DNA of 64,000 nt from an uncultured Candidatus Actinomarinales bacterium (GTDB taxonomy: Bacteria > Actinomycetota > Acidimicrobiia > Actinomarinales > Actinomarinaceae), in assembly GCA_963979435.1 (NCBI GenBank), contig CAXBVE010000003.1, positions 254 to 64,253 of the forward strand, read 5' to 3'. Under the pieces are notes generated by a model, which was given only the letters and a program-made list of their open reading frames with translations, did not search any database and had not been told where the DNA came from. Shown piece after piece: positions 18,618 through 28,717 of this stretch (positions are counted from its first letter, which is position 1; each line of letters starts with the position of its first letter). The translations under genes were made by a program, and so were the position numbers.

Positions 18618-19739
18618 TTATAAATTAATTAGTTCTGCAATTTTAGATCTTGCTGACTTAGAAGAACCAAACAATAATGAATCAGATTTAGCTTTTTTAA
18701 AATATAAATGAGCCGGATGCTCCCATGTAAACCCTATACCTCCATGTACCTGAATATTGTCACCAGCTATTTTGTTGTACACTTCAGAACAATAAGACTT
18801 AGCTAATAATGAACTCATCTCTAGTTCCGTGGCATCATCTATGTCAACTCTTACGGAATTGTAAGCTAAAGATTTTGCACTTTCTATTTGTAGTAACATG
18901 TTTGCACATATGTGCTGTATTGCCTGAAATGAACCAATGGGTCTTCCAAACTGAATTCTCTCTTTTGCATAACTTGTTGACATATCTAAACATGCCTGGG
19001 AACCACCAACCTGTTCCATTGAAAGAAAGGCTGTGGCGATATTTTGTATTTTTTTCCATATACTGAGTTCATCATTCATGACAATCATTATATTTTCAGA
19101 GGAAATAACAACATCCTTGAAGGTAATTTCTGTCAAGGGTCTTGTTTGATCAAGAGATGGTGTATTTTTAACATCCACACTATCATCGCTAGTTTTTACA
19201 AGAACAAACTTAAATTCATTATCATCTTTTGCTAGTACTGCAATATAGTCAGACACATCACCGAACATTACATATTTTTTCGTTCCATTTAGTATCCAAC
19301 CGTCACCTGAAGGGGTGAGAGATGTTTGAATGCTTTCGTTATTAATTTCATACTTATCGGTCTCATATATTCCGAAAGTACCAATTTTTTCTCCAGTTAT
19401 AATTTCAGATAAGTAAGTTTTCTTAATTTCATCACTTGAATTTAGAAGTAGATGTTTAAATACAACACCTGAACTAAAAAGAGGAATAATTGGTAGATAA
19501 TATCCTGCTACCTCAGAAAGAATTGAAGCATCGACAGTTGAAAAGCCGAGCCCCCCATCATCTTCTGTAACATCCAAGGCTAACCAACCCTGTTCATTTA
19601 CTAGTTTCCATAAATCTGAATCTAATCGTACATCTTCATCAACTTTTTTTATAGTATCCAAAAGATCTATTTGTTCAGATAATAGTTTTTCCGCATTTTC
19701 TTTTATTTCTTTTTGTAAGTCTGTAAGTATAAATTGCAT
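18618..19739 (-). CDS. acyl-CoA dehydrogenase family protein
   Basis: C-terminal ACAD signature QVHGGIGFTWEHPAHLYFKKA. About 373 aa. Confidence 0.75.
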   Translation of the reverse strand: MQFILTDLQKEIKENAEKLLSEQIDLLDTIKKVDEDVRLDSDLWKLVNEQGWLALDVTEDDGGLGFSTVDASILSEVAGYYLPIIPLFSSGVVFKHLLLNSSDEIKKTYLSEIITGEKIGTFGIYETDKYEINNESIQTSLTPSGDGWILNGTKKYVMFGDVSDYIAVLAKDDNEFKFVLVKTSDDSVDVKNTPSLDQTRPLTEITFKDVVISSENIMIVMNDELSIWKKIQNIATAFLSMEQVGGSQACLDMSTSYAKERIQFGRPIGSFQAIQHICANMLLQIESAKSLAYNSVRVDIDDATELEMSSLLAKSYCSEVYNKIAGDNIQVHGGIGFTWEHPAHLYFKKAKSDSLLFGSSKSARSKIAELINL

Positions 19740-19806
19740 TTTCTTAGTCTAATTTTATTTTTTATTTTTCGTATTGAAATATCGTTTGTTTTTATTAATA
19801 ATTAAC

Positions 19807-20541
19807 ATGGTATTTATGTTGAAAATAACAAACTTACACGCAAACGTAGAAGATACTCCCATTTTAAAAGGAATTAACTTAGAAATTAATCCTGGAGAGG
19901 TCCATGCAATTATGGGTCCAAACGGATCTGGTAAATCGACCTTATCTAATGTCTTGATGGGTAACCCTGTTTATGAGGTAACAGAGGGGACAATAATATT
20001 TAATGGTAAAGATATCACTGAAGAGCCTGTAGACAATAGAGCAAAAGAAGGAATGTTCCTGGCTTTTCAGTATCCTGAATCAATACCTGGAGTAACCATT
20101 GTCAATATGCTAAAAACAGCGCTTACCAACATTGAAAATACTGACTATTCGACTCTTGAACTTAGGCTCAAGGTTGCAGACGCAATGAAAGACTTAGGCT
20201 TATCTCCAGATTTTGTTGATAGATACTTAAATGAAGGTTTCTCAGGTGGAGAAAGAAAGCGTAATGAAATACTCCAATTAGCGGTGTTGAATCCAAAACT
20301 TGCCATTCTAGATGAAACTGATTCTGGATTAGATGTAGATGGGTTGAGGATAGTTGGAGAAGGCATCAGCAAGCTGAGAACACCTGAAAGGGGCTATCTT
20401 GTCGTAACTCATTACCAGAGGCTATTGGAGTACATAACACCTGATTTTGTACATGTATTTGTAGATGGCAAAATTGTAGAAACAGGTGGTAAAGAATTGT
20501 CTGATAAATTAGAAAAAGAAGGATATGAATCCTACCAATGA
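19807..20541 (+). CDS. sufC: Fe-S cluster assembly ATPase SufC (copy 1; ORF track start 19774, conserved N-terminus suggests ATG 19807 or 19816)
   Basis: Walker A GPNGSGKST. SufC-type signature FSGGERKRNEILQLAVLNPKLAILDETDSGLDVD. Confidence 0.85.
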   Translation: MVFMLKITNLHANVEDTPILKGINLEINPGEVHAIMGPNGSGKSTLSNVLMGNPVYEVTEGTIIFNGKDITEEPVDNRAKEGMFLAFQYPESIPGVTIVNMLKTALTNIENTDYSTLELRLKVADAMKDLGLSPDFVDRYLNEGFSGGERKRNEILQLAVLNPKLAILDETDSGLDVDGLRIVGEGISKLRTPERGYLVVTHYQRLLEYITPDFVHVFVDGKIVETGGKELSDKLEKEGYESYQ

Positions 20542-21761
20542 ATGAATTTGCAGATATTAAAAAAGACTTTCCTATTTTTAATCGCGAAGTTAATTCTAAA
20601 AAATTAACCTATCTTGACTCTGGGGCAACAGCACAAAAACCACAATCAGTTATTGATGCTATGAATAATGTTTACACTAATACGAATGCCAATGTCCACC
20701 GAGGAACTTATGTACTGTCTGCTGAAACAACACAGCTTTACGAAGATGTTCGAAAAAAATGTAAGAAATTTTTAAATGCATATCACTCTGATGAAATCAT
20801 TTTCACTAAAGGTGCAACTGAAGGGTTTAACTTTCTAGCTAATTCTATTTCTAAAAAATTTCTCAAACCCGGAGATGAAATTTTACTTACTGAGATAGAA
20901 CACCATGCAAATATCATCCCATGGCAAATGGTTGCAAGCCAATATGATTTACAAATTAAATACATAGCGGTGGATGAAAATTTTTCTATCGATTTAGAAG
21001 ACCTTAAAGAAAAAATATCAAGCAAGACAAAGGTTGTTTCCATCACAGGCGAATCTAATCTCTCCGGGTTGCTTCCGGACATTAAATTAATTCGATCGCT
21101 TGTAAAAGAACATTCAGACGCATTATTTATACTTGATGGAGCTCAACTCGTTCCTCATAGAAAAGTTGATGTTCAAGCCTTAGGAATTGATTTTATAATA
21201 TTCTCTGGTCACAAATTATTAGGACCCACAGGGATAGGGGTTGTTTGGGGAAGATTAGATTTATTAAATGAGCTTGAACCTGTTTCAGGTGGTGGAGATA
21301 TGATTGAAGAGGTTTACTATGATCGAGCCACATGGGCACCGGTACCACATAAATTTGAAGCTGGAACCCCTCCTTATGTAGAGGCAATTGGATTAGGTGC
21401 AGCAATTGACTACCTAGAAAATATCACAATGGAAAAAGTATCACAGCATTCAGACACACTCAGAAAATATGCTCAAAAAATATTTTCTGACATTGATAGG
21501 GTTAATGTAATTCATACAAATGAAGAGTTTGCTGGCTGCACATTTAGTATGTATGTTGATCAAATACACGCAACAGATATTTCATTGATGCTAGACACAT
21601 ACGGAGTAGCTGTGAGAGCAGGTCATCACTGTGTACAACCTTTCCACAGAAAATTAGGCATAGATGCAACCTTCAGAGCAACAGGGTACATTTACAATGA
21701 TGAAAATGATCTTGATGTTTTTAAAGATGCCCTTCTCGGCAGTATTGAAATGTTAGGTTGA
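20538..21761 (+). CDS. sufS: cysteine desulfurase SufS (group II)
   Basis: PLP-lysine region FSGHKLLGPTGIGV. Active-site RAGHHCVQP. Confidence 0.85.
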   Translation: MNEFADIKKDFPIFNREVNSKKLTYLDSGATAQKPQSVIDAMNNVYTNTNANVHRGTYVLSAETTQLYEDVRKKCKKFLNAYHSDEIIFTKGATEGFNFLANSISKKFLKPGDEILLTEIEHHANIIPWQMVASQYDLQIKYIAVDENFSIDLEDLKEKISSKTKVVSITGESNLSGLLPDIKLIRSLVKEHSDALFILDGAQLVPHRKVDVQALGIDFIIFSGHKLLGPTGIGVVWGRLDLLNELEPVSGGGDMIEEVYYDRATWAPVPHKFEAGTPPYVEAIGLGAAIDYLENITMEKVSQHSDTLRKYAQKIFSDIDRVNVIHTNEEFAGCTFSMYVDQIHATDISLMLDTYGVAVRAGHHCVQPFHRKLGIDATFRATGYIYNDENDLDVFKDALLGSIEMLG

Positions 21762-21764
21762 TGA

Positions 21765-22181
21765 ATGGCTATTGATCAAAAAGTACAAGATTATAAAAAA
21801 ATGTTGGATTTATTTCCAAATGCACAGGAGAAATATCAATATTTAATCGAACAAGCAAAAGATAATACTAATTTTCCAGAAGAGCTTAGAAATGATCATT
21901 TCAAAGTTAGTGGATGTCAAAGCCAAGTATGGTTAATTCCAGAAGAAAAAGATGAAAAAGTATATTTTATGAGCGACTCTGATGCACTCATTGCAAAAGG
22001 ACTAGTAACACTCATTGCATCAATTTATTCAGATGAAACACCGGAAGATATAATCAATTCAGAAATAGATTTAATGGAAGAGTTTGAACTTGGAGTAATT
22101 TTAAGCCCAGCTAGAAGAAATGGTGCTTTTAATATGTTAAAAATGATTAAAGATTACGCGGTAAAACTCAAAAAAGCTTAA
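21765..22181 (+). CDS. sufE: sulfur acceptor SufE
   Basis: 138 aa. Conserved active-site context SGCQSQVWL. Confidence 0.75.
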   Translation: MAIDQKVQDYKKMLDLFPNAQEKYQYLIEQAKDNTNFPEELRNDHFKVSGCQSQVWLIPEEKDEKVYFMSDSDALIAKGLVTLIASIYSDETPEDIINSEIDLMEEFELGVILSPARRNGAFNMLKMIKDYAVKLKKA

Positions 22182-22183
22182 AT

Positions 22184-22669
22184 TTATATCCACCAATTTT
22201 CATGCGCGAACTCTATCCAAACTGGATTAGTAAATTTTGCAACTTCTTTAACAAAGTAATGTGGTTCAAATTCACTTTCGTTGTTCCACCAAAGTGACAT
22301 AAATCTAACATCACATTCGTGATTAATATTTTCTTTTATATATGTAGAAAGCTTTTCGAATGTTTCTCCACTGTCGCAAATATCATCAACGATAAGTATT
22401 TTTTTATCAGATGGCCTTGGGAGATAATTTTCCCAATGTGGAAAATCTCTTGTTGAAGCATGAACAGGTTTAAATGGGACATTTAATTTATGAGACATCA
22501 TGACACCTGGAATAAGGCCACCCCTACTAATTCCAACAATTACATCTGGTTGGAATTCATCTTTTTCTAGTTGTTCACAAACTAAGCCTGTATCTTTAAA
22601 TTGTTCATCCCAAGTGTAATTTAGTTTTTCCATATGATGAATAATTCTATCAAATTTAGAATCCATCAC
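22184..22669 (-). CDS. purine phosphoribosyltransferase, Gpt-like
   Basis: VGISRGGLIPG and PRPP-binding KILIVDDICDSGETF. About 161 aa, like xanthine-guanine PRT. Confidence 0.6.
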   Translation of the reverse strand: MMDSKFDRIIHHMEKLNYTWDEQFKDTGLVCEQLEKDEFQPDVIVGISRGGLIPGVMMSHKLNVPFKPVHASTRDFPHWENYLPRPSDKKILIVDDICDSGETFEKLSTYIKENINHECDVRFMSLWWNNESEFEPHYFVKEVAKFTNPVWIEFAHENWWI

Positions 22670-22755
22670 TACAATTATTTGAATAAATATTTACCTCTAA
22701 AATTAATTCGTTAGTTGTGGTTCGTTTATAATGAGCTCATGAAAAGGAGGTAAGG

Positions 22756-23763
22756 ATGCATAAAAGATGGGCGGTAGGTCTAATCTTAATCAGTATTCTT
22801 ACTATGGCATGCGGTGGAGCCGCATCCGTAGACGAATATAAAGCTGCATTTGTGTATGTAGGTCCAACTGACGATGGTGGTTGGTCTCAAGCACATGATG
22901 TAGGTCGACAATATCTAGTAGAACAAACGGGTATTCAAACAGAGTACACAGCTCTAGTACCAGAAGATGCTACAGAATTCAGAACAGTTGCAGAAGCATA
23001 TATTGAACAAGGTTACAATATTATCTTTGGAACTACTTTTGGGTATATAGATGCAATGGCGGAAATGGCAGAGGAATATCCAGATGTTATTTTCCTACAC
23101 TGTTCAGGTTATCTAAATAACGATACGAACTTTGCAAATTATTTTGGGAAGATGTATCAACCTAGATATCTCTCTGGTTTAGCTGCAGGAGCTATGACTG
23201 ATTCAAATAAAATTGGTTATGTTGCGGCTTTTCCAATACCGGAAGTAATTAGAGGAATTAATGCTTTTGCTGCAGGTGTAAATGAGGTAAATCCTGAAGC
23301 TACTGTTGAAGTGGTTTGGACATTCACCTGGTTTGGTCCAGAAGCAGAAACGCAAGCTGCAAATGCTTTACTTGAAAAAGGTGCAGATGTTCTTGCGCAA
23401 CATCAAGACTCCACAGCAACCGGATTAGCTGCAGAAGCTGCTGGTGCAAAATGGATATCTTACAATACTGCTTATGGACAAGACTCTGCTCCGGAAGCTT
23501 TTGTGACAGCTCCAGTCTGGGATTGGGGTCCATATTATGTAAATATTGTTGAACAGATAATAGATGGGACTTTCACAACAGAAAGTTACTGGGGAGGCAT
23601 GGAAACTGGTTTAGTTTCTCTATATGACTTATCTTCAGATGTTCCATCTGATACAGCAACATTAATTGCAGAAAAAACTGAGGCTATTATCGATGGAACT
23701 TTAGAAGTCGAAATAGTTGAAGAAGAATTTATTAGTAACGTTATCGGAACAGTTAATCCGTAA
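22756..23763 (+). CDS. BMP-family (PnrA-like) nucleoside ABC transporter substrate-binding lipoprotein
   Basis: Lipoprotein signal ...LTMACGG. BMP-family conservation. Strong RBS AAGGAGG upstream. Confidence 0.75.
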   Translation: MHKRWAVGLILISILTMACGGAASVDEYKAAFVYVGPTDDGGWSQAHDVGRQYLVEQTGIQTEYTALVPEDATEFRTVAEAYIEQGYNIIFGTTFGYIDAMAEMAEEYPDVIFLHCSGYLNNDTNFANYFGKMYQPRYLSGLAAGAMTDSNKIGYVAAFPIPEVIRGINAFAAGVNEVNPEATVEVVWTFTWFGPEAETQAANALLEKGADVLAQHQDSTATGLAAEAAGAKWISYNTAYGQDSAPEAFVTAPVWDWGPYYVNIVEQIIDGTFTTESYWGGMETGLVSLYDLSSDVPSDTATLIAEKTEAIIDGTLEVEIVEEEFISNVIGTVNP

Positions 23764-23774
23764 CTTAGACTTTT

Positions 23775-23808
23775 TACAATGTCCTGATCTTTCGATTGGG
23801 ACATTGTA
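23775..23808 (+). terminator. stem-loop (10-bp stem TACAATGTCC/GGACATTGTA, 14-nt loop) between binding-protein and ATPase genes; likely partial terminator/attenuator
   Basis: Inverted repeat read directly. Preceded by TTTTT. Lies in a 57-nt intergenic spacer. Confidence 0.4.
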
Positions 23809-23820
23809 ATAATTTAATAA

Positions 23821-25317
23821 ATGAACCAAATTATTCTAGAAGCTAAAAATATATCAAAATCCTTTGGGAAGACCCAGGCATTAAAGAACGTTGATTTTTA
23901 TTTAAATAAAGCACAAATACATGGTTTACTTGGTGAAAATGGAGCTGGTAAGTCATCTCTGATGAACATTTTATCTGGGATCTATCAACCAGAAACTGGC
24001 TCTATTTACATTGAAGGTAAAAAAATTAAAAAACTAAATCCTGATCTTGCTGCAAGATTTGGAATTGGTATGGTTCATCAAGAATTTAGATTAATTAACA
24101 ATTTTAGTATCAAAGATAATTTGACATTATCAAGATCTAATATCTATAGAGATAATTTTGAAGAAGCATTTGAAAAATACTCAGATATTTTCTCACTATC
24201 TGCTGAATCAAAAACTCTTATAAATGAACTTTCAGTTGGAGAAAAGCAGAAAATAGAAATTATGAAACTTATTTTTAATAACAACAACATTATGTTGTTA
24301 GATGAGCCAACTGCAGTACTCACACCACAAGAAACAAATCAATTAAAAATATCACTTAAGAAACTTTCAAGTGAAGACAATAAAACTATTGTCTTAATCA
24401 CACATAAATTAAAAGAGATTCAGGAATTCACTGAATCAATTTTTGTATTAAAGGATGGAGTGATGGTTGCAAAAGATTTAAAAACACAAAACGTTACAAA
24501 AAGTGACTTGGTCACCCTCATGATGGGAGAAATTAAGATATCTAAGGTTCGAAAAGATAATGTAAAAGGTAACAATAAACTCGAAGTCAAAAATATTTTT
24601 TTCGAAAATAATCATTCAAACGTACCAACTTTAGAGAACATATCTCTAACAGTTCAGTCAGGAGAGGTTTTAGGAATAGCAGGAGTTTCTGGTAATGGAC
24701 AAGTTGAACTCGCCAACATAATATCGGGAATAGAAAGAGAGTATAAAGGAAAAGTTATAGTTAATGGTAAAAATATCTCTAATCAGGGTGTAAGGGCGAG
24801 AAAAAATTTAAATTTATCATATATTCCTGAAAATAGACTTGGAGTGGGTCTTGCACCTGGGGTCTCCATAATCGATAATTCTGCGGTAAAAGATTATTTT
24901 AAATCAAGACTTGGACCGCATTTATCAAGCAATAAAATGCTAGATTATTTAAATTTACTTATAAAACAATTTTCCATAAAAGCTCCTGATCCAAAAGCCG
25001 AAGTTTCTACTCTTTCTGGCGGTAACATGCAGAAATTACTCATGGGAAGAGAATTAATTTCAAATCCGGAAGTAATTATTGCTGCACAGCCAACTAGAGG
25101 TCTGGATGTAAGTGCAGTTGAGGCCTTACATGAACTTATCATCAAACAGAGAGATAAAGGAGCTGCTGTAATGTTAGTTTCAGAGGATTTGGATGAATTG
25201 TTCAAATTAAGTGACAGGATAATCGTTTTATATGAAGGACAAATAGTGAGAGAGTTCAAAATAGATGAGGCTGACATTGAAAGCGTTGGTTTAGCTATGG
25301 CAGGCTCTATTGAATAA
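23821..25317 (+). CDS. ABC transporter ATP-binding protein, duplicated ABC domains (nucleoside/sugar type)
   Basis: Two Walker A and signature regions (GENGAGKSS ... LSGGNMQK). Confidence 0.8.
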   Translation: MNQIILEAKNISKSFGKTQALKNVDFYLNKAQIHGLLGENGAGKSSLMNILSGIYQPETGSIYIEGKKIKKLNPDLAARFGIGMVHQEFRLINNFSIKDNLTLSRSNIYRDNFEEAFEKYSDIFSLSAESKTLINELSVGEKQKIEIMKLIFNNNNIMLLDEPTAVLTPQETNQLKISLKKLSSEDNKTIVLITHKLKEIQEFTESIFVLKDGVMVAKDLKTQNVTKSDLVTLMMGEIKISKVRKDNVKGNNKLEVKNIFFENNHSNVPTLENISLTVQSGEVLGIAGVSGNGQVELANIISGIEREYKGKVIVNGKNISNQGVRARKNLNLSYIPENRLGVGLAPGVSIIDNSAVKDYFKSRLGPHLSSNKMLDYLNLLIKQFSIKAPDPKAEVSTLSGGNMQKLLMGRELISNPEVIIAAQPTRGLDVSAVEALHELIIKQRDKGAAVMLVSEDLDELFKLSDRIIVLYEGQIVREFKIDEADIESVGLAMAGSIE

Positions 25318-26371
25318 ATATCTAATCTCAAAGAAAATTGTTACTAATGACTTATCAACATTTTATTCTTTTTTGATAGGACTTTCTGTTGGTATAACTA
25401 TTGGTTCAATAATTCTCTTGGTCCAGGGCCAAAATCCTATAGAAGTTTTCTCGCTTATGCTACGACTGTCAGTTGGTAGCATAAAGAGCATCAGCTCCTC
25501 ACTTAATAAGGCCACTCCTTTAATACTTGCTGGGCTCGGAATCTCCATAATTAACTCAGTTAAATTATGGAATATTGGCGCTGAGGGTCAAATATTTATG
25601 GGTGGAATAGCTTTAAATTTCATGTACATAAGCTATGAAATTTCAAATTCAAAATTATCAATAATTCTTCTACTACTTTCAGCATTTATAGGTGGTTCAA
25701 TATGTATACTGCTTCCTGCTGCAGCAAAGGTTCTATTTGGAGTAAATGAAATAATTACTACGTTACTCTTCAACTACATCATTATTGGCTTTACTGTCTA
25801 CCTTGTAAATGGCCCTTGGAAGGATCCTAACTCTTTAAACTTTCCTGCAGCTACATATGTTGGGAAAGAAGTATATTTACCTACAATTTTTGGAAGATTA
25901 AGCTATGGATTTATTATCTGTATCTTGTGTACAGCTGGTGTGTACTACCTTAAAGAAAAATCAGTTTTTGGTTATGAACTGCGTATATCAGGTGGTTCAG
26001 CATTAACTGCAATTTATGCAGGTATTAACGCAAAACAGAAAGCATTTATAGCTATGTTAATTGGGGGTGGCTTGGCTGGTTTAGCTGGAGGCGTTGAATT
26101 ACTTAGTCAGACTCATAGAGTCTCAACTGGGTTATCACAAGGATTTGGTTATACCGCTATTATTGTCGCAGCCATAACTGGTATGAGACCATTAGGTATT
26201 TTTTTAGTCGGATCACTATTTGGAGCCTTAACTATTGGGGGGACCGTCATACAAACTATGGGGGTTAGCAGTTATATTGCAGATGTTATCCAGGCCACAA
26301 CATTATTTGGGGCACTTATCTCTCAATTCTTTTTTACCTATAAAATAATGAAGGTTTCGGAAGATGTTTGA
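25310..26371 (+). CDS. ABC transporter permease
   Basis: Polytopic membrane protein in operon with BMP binding protein. Confidence 0.7.
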   Translation: MNKYLISKKIVTNDLSTFYSFLIGLSVGITIGSIILLVQGQNPIEVFSLMLRLSVGSIKSISSSLNKATPLILAGLGISIINSVKLWNIGAEGQIFMGGIALNFMYISYEISNSKLSIILLLLSAFIGGSICILLPAAAKVLFGVNEIITTLLFNYIIIGFTVYLVNGPWKDPNSLNFPAATYVGKEVYLPTIFGRLSYGFIICILCTAGVYYLKEKSVFGYELRISGGSALTAIYAGINAKQKAFIAMLIGGGLAGLAGGVELLSQTHRVSTGLSQGFGYTAIIVAAITGMRPLGIFLVGSLFGALTIGGTVIQTMGVSSYIADVIQATTLFGALISQFFFTYKIMKVSEDV

Positions 26372-27287
26372 TATTCAATTAATGGGCCTTTTAAATGCTA
26401 CTCTGCAAGCAGCAACATTGCTCTTCATTGCAGCTCTTGGAGAGTTAATAACAGAAAAATCAGGAATTCTTAACCTTGGTGTTGAAGGGATGATTTCAGT
26501 TGGTGCAGTAAGCGGTTTCATGGTTGCAGTAAATACTGGAAATTTATTCCTTTCAGTATTGATTGGAATTTTTTCTGCTGCCTTATTTTCATCTTTACAC
26601 GCTTTTGTAACAGTTATCTTAAAACAAGACCAAACTGTTTCTGGGTTGATCTTGACAATATTAGGACTTTCTTTATCAGCCCTAATGGGTAAGAAGTATG
26701 TAGGTAAAAAATTGCCTGTAAAAATAGAAAGTCTGATAGACATTGACGAACCAAGCAACATTTATGAAGTTTTAATAAGCCAAAATTATATTTTCTATTT
26801 AGCTATTTTCCTTATGGTTGCCACATCATTCATTCTTAAAAAAACTATGTTTGGGAGGAGACTTGAAGCTGTTGGCGAAGACTCTAGAGCAGCTGACTCA
26901 ATGGGTTTAAATGTAAATAAAACACAATTTATTGCAACTTGTGTCGGAGGTGGATTTTCAGGTTTAGCAGGTGTTTATCTTACATTAAGTTACGTACCAT
27001 ATTGGACTGATAATATGACTTCAGGTCGTGGATGGATTGCTTTAGCATTAGTTATTTTTGGGGGTTGGAAACCCTATAGAACAGCCATTGGTGCAGTGTT
27101 ATTTGGATTTCTTGAGGCTTTAGTTCCCAGATTGCAGACTTATGGATTTGAATTAAGTCCATACCTTGTCAAAATTACTCCTTATGCAATCACAATTATA
27201 ATTCTTGTGGTCTTAACTATATACAAAGGTGGTCGGACCGGAGCACCTAATAATATTGGTATTCCATTTTTTAGAGAGAATAGATAA
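26364..27287 (+). CDS. ABC transporter permease
   Basis: Polytopic membrane protein. Second permease of the BMP-type importer. Confidence 0.7.
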   Translation: MFDIQLMGLLNATLQAATLLFIAALGELITEKSGILNLGVEGMISVGAVSGFMVAVNTGNLFLSVLIGIFSAALFSSLHAFVTVILKQDQTVSGLILTILGLSLSALMGKKYVGKKLPVKIESLIDIDEPSNIYEVLISQNYIFYLAIFLMVATSFILKKTMFGRRLEAVGEDSRAADSMGLNVNKTQFIATCVGGGFSGLAGVYLTLSYVPYWTDNMTSGRGWIALALVIFGGWKPYRTAIGAVLFGFLEALVPRLQTYGFELSPYLVKITPYAITIIILVVLTIYKGGRTGAPNNIGIPFFRENR

Positions 27288-27332
27288 CTAAGCATTTACT
27301 TCATAAATTTGATACTATAAAGAAGACTTTAA

Positions 27333-27839
27333 ATGATACCTGTGAGTATCGAAAGGAATGTCATGGACATAAACAAAACTCTTTATAGAGTGAGTAAAGA
27401 AATTATAGAAACAGATATTGTTAACCCCCTTCTAATTGGTATTCCAAGAAGAGGTGATCATTTAGCTAAAAGGATATCTAGTAATCTTGAAAGCTTTAAC
27501 TACTCTCATGATTTAGATACCGTGAACTATAAGCCTTTTAGAGATGACCTTGAAAAAGAAGGTGATAAATCTTCCTTAAGTATAAACCCTACAGATCGGG
27601 ATGTTGTACTTATTGATGATGTAGTTTTTACCGGGAGGACCCTAAGAGCTTCTTTGGAAGCTGTTATCTTCTCTGGAAGAGCAAAGTCTATTTCTGTAGC
27701 CTGTTTGATAGATAGAGGTCATAGAGAACTTCCTATCTCTCCAAAGTTTGTCGGCAAAAATATACCCACTAGTGAAAGTGAATATGTTTTTGTGTACTTA
27801 GAAGAAGTTGACGGTAAAGATGAAGTTGTAGTGAATTAA
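27333..27839 (+). CDS. pyrR: bifunctional pyr operon regulator / uracil phosphoribosyltransferase PyrR (alternative start 27363)
   Basis: LIGIPRRG and PRPP motif VVLIDDVVFTGRTLRA. ...DRGHRELPI. Confidence 0.85.
   Translation: MIPVSIERNVMDINKTLYRVSKEIIETDIVNPLLIGIPRRGDHLAKRISSNLESFNYSHDLDTVNYKPFRDDLEKEGDKSSLSINPTDRDVVLIDDVVFTGRTLRASLEAVIFSGRAKSISVACLIDRGHRELPISPKFVGKNIPTSESEYVFVYLEEVDGKDEVVVN
27335..27350 (+). promoter_or_regulatory. PyrR-box-like RNA hairpin GAUACCUGUGAGUAUC at the 5' end of pyrR
   Basis: 4-bp stem GAUA/UAUC with loop CCUGUGAG. Resembles the PyrR-binding loop motif (UCCNGNGAGG-like). Sits just 5' of a GAAAGGA RBS and ATG 27363, or inside codons 1-6 if translation starts at 27333. 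Confidence 0.35.
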
Positions 27840-28717
27840 TGAATCACTTACTAGATTTTAAAAACATTGATAAAACTAAAGCTTTAACAATTCTTGAAAC
27901 AACATTAAAAATCCAAAATGGTGAAAAATATAATATAAACGGACATTCAGTCATAAAATTTGATGAACCGTCGACTAGAACCAAAATCTCTTTTACAATA
28001 GCCGCACAAAAACTTGGCCTAGACTTGATTATGTTAGATGACATTACGTCTTCTAAAACTAAAGGGGAATCACTTGATCATGAAATTCAAACACTTCTTT
28101 CGCTTGGAGTAGAATCGCTTGTTATCCGCACAAGTAAAAATAATATTGAAGAATATAGAAATTTCAAAAACATTGCAATTATAAGTGCTGGTTTTGGTAA
28201 AAGTTCCCACCCAACACAATCAATTTTGGATGTAGCGACATTATTGAAGTACAAAAAGTTAGATGTTGATATTCCAATAGTTTTTATTGGAGATGTTAAA
28301 CATTCACGGGTATATTCGTCCACTAAAGAACTTCTTAATTTACTTGGATTTAAAGTTGGAATCTTTACTTCCGAATTTTTTATGCCTCAGGAAATAGAAG
28401 GATGTTACATCTTTAGTGATTGGGAGGAAGTAATCTCTTCAAAATCAACTATTAATCTCCTTCGAGTACAAAGTGAAAGGATTGATAATATCGGGGATTA
28501 TGACCTAAATGAATACATACAGGCTTACCAACTAACAAGTAAAATAATAGATAGAACTTCGTCTGACTTTATGTTCCTGCATCCCATGCCAATGAATATT
28601 GGGGTCGAAATTTCCAAAGAAGCGTCTGAAAATATTAAATTTAAATATATTGAGCAGCTTGCCCTTGGTGTTCCCGCAAGAATAGCAAGTTTCTTGTATG
28701 CTTTAGGAAAAATTTAA
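27839..28717 (+). CDS. pyrB: aspartate carbamoyltransferase catalytic subunit
   Basis: STRTKISF carbamoyl-phosphate motif. HPMP motif. Confidence 0.8.
   Translation: MNHLLDFKNIDKTKALTILETTLKIQNGEKYNINGHSVIKFDEPSTRTKISFTIAAQKLGLDLIMLDDITSSKTKGESLDHEIQTLLSLGVESLVIRTSKNNIEEYRNFKNIAIISAGFGKSSHPTQSILDVATLLKYKKLDVDIPIVFIGDVKHSRVYSSTKELLNLLGFKVGIFTSEFFMPQEIEGCYIFSDWEEVISSKSTINLLRVQSERIDNIGDYDLNEYIQAYQLTSKIIDRTSSDFMFLHPMPMNIGVEISKEASENIKFKYIEQLALGVPARIASFLYALGKI

Noticed and set aside
19774-19806. Extended N-terminus of sufC copy 1 (MKYRLFLLIINMVF...) as a signal/TM segment
   Set aside because: SufC is cytoplasmic, and homologues start at the MLKITNLH... position. The extension is most likely an over-called start.
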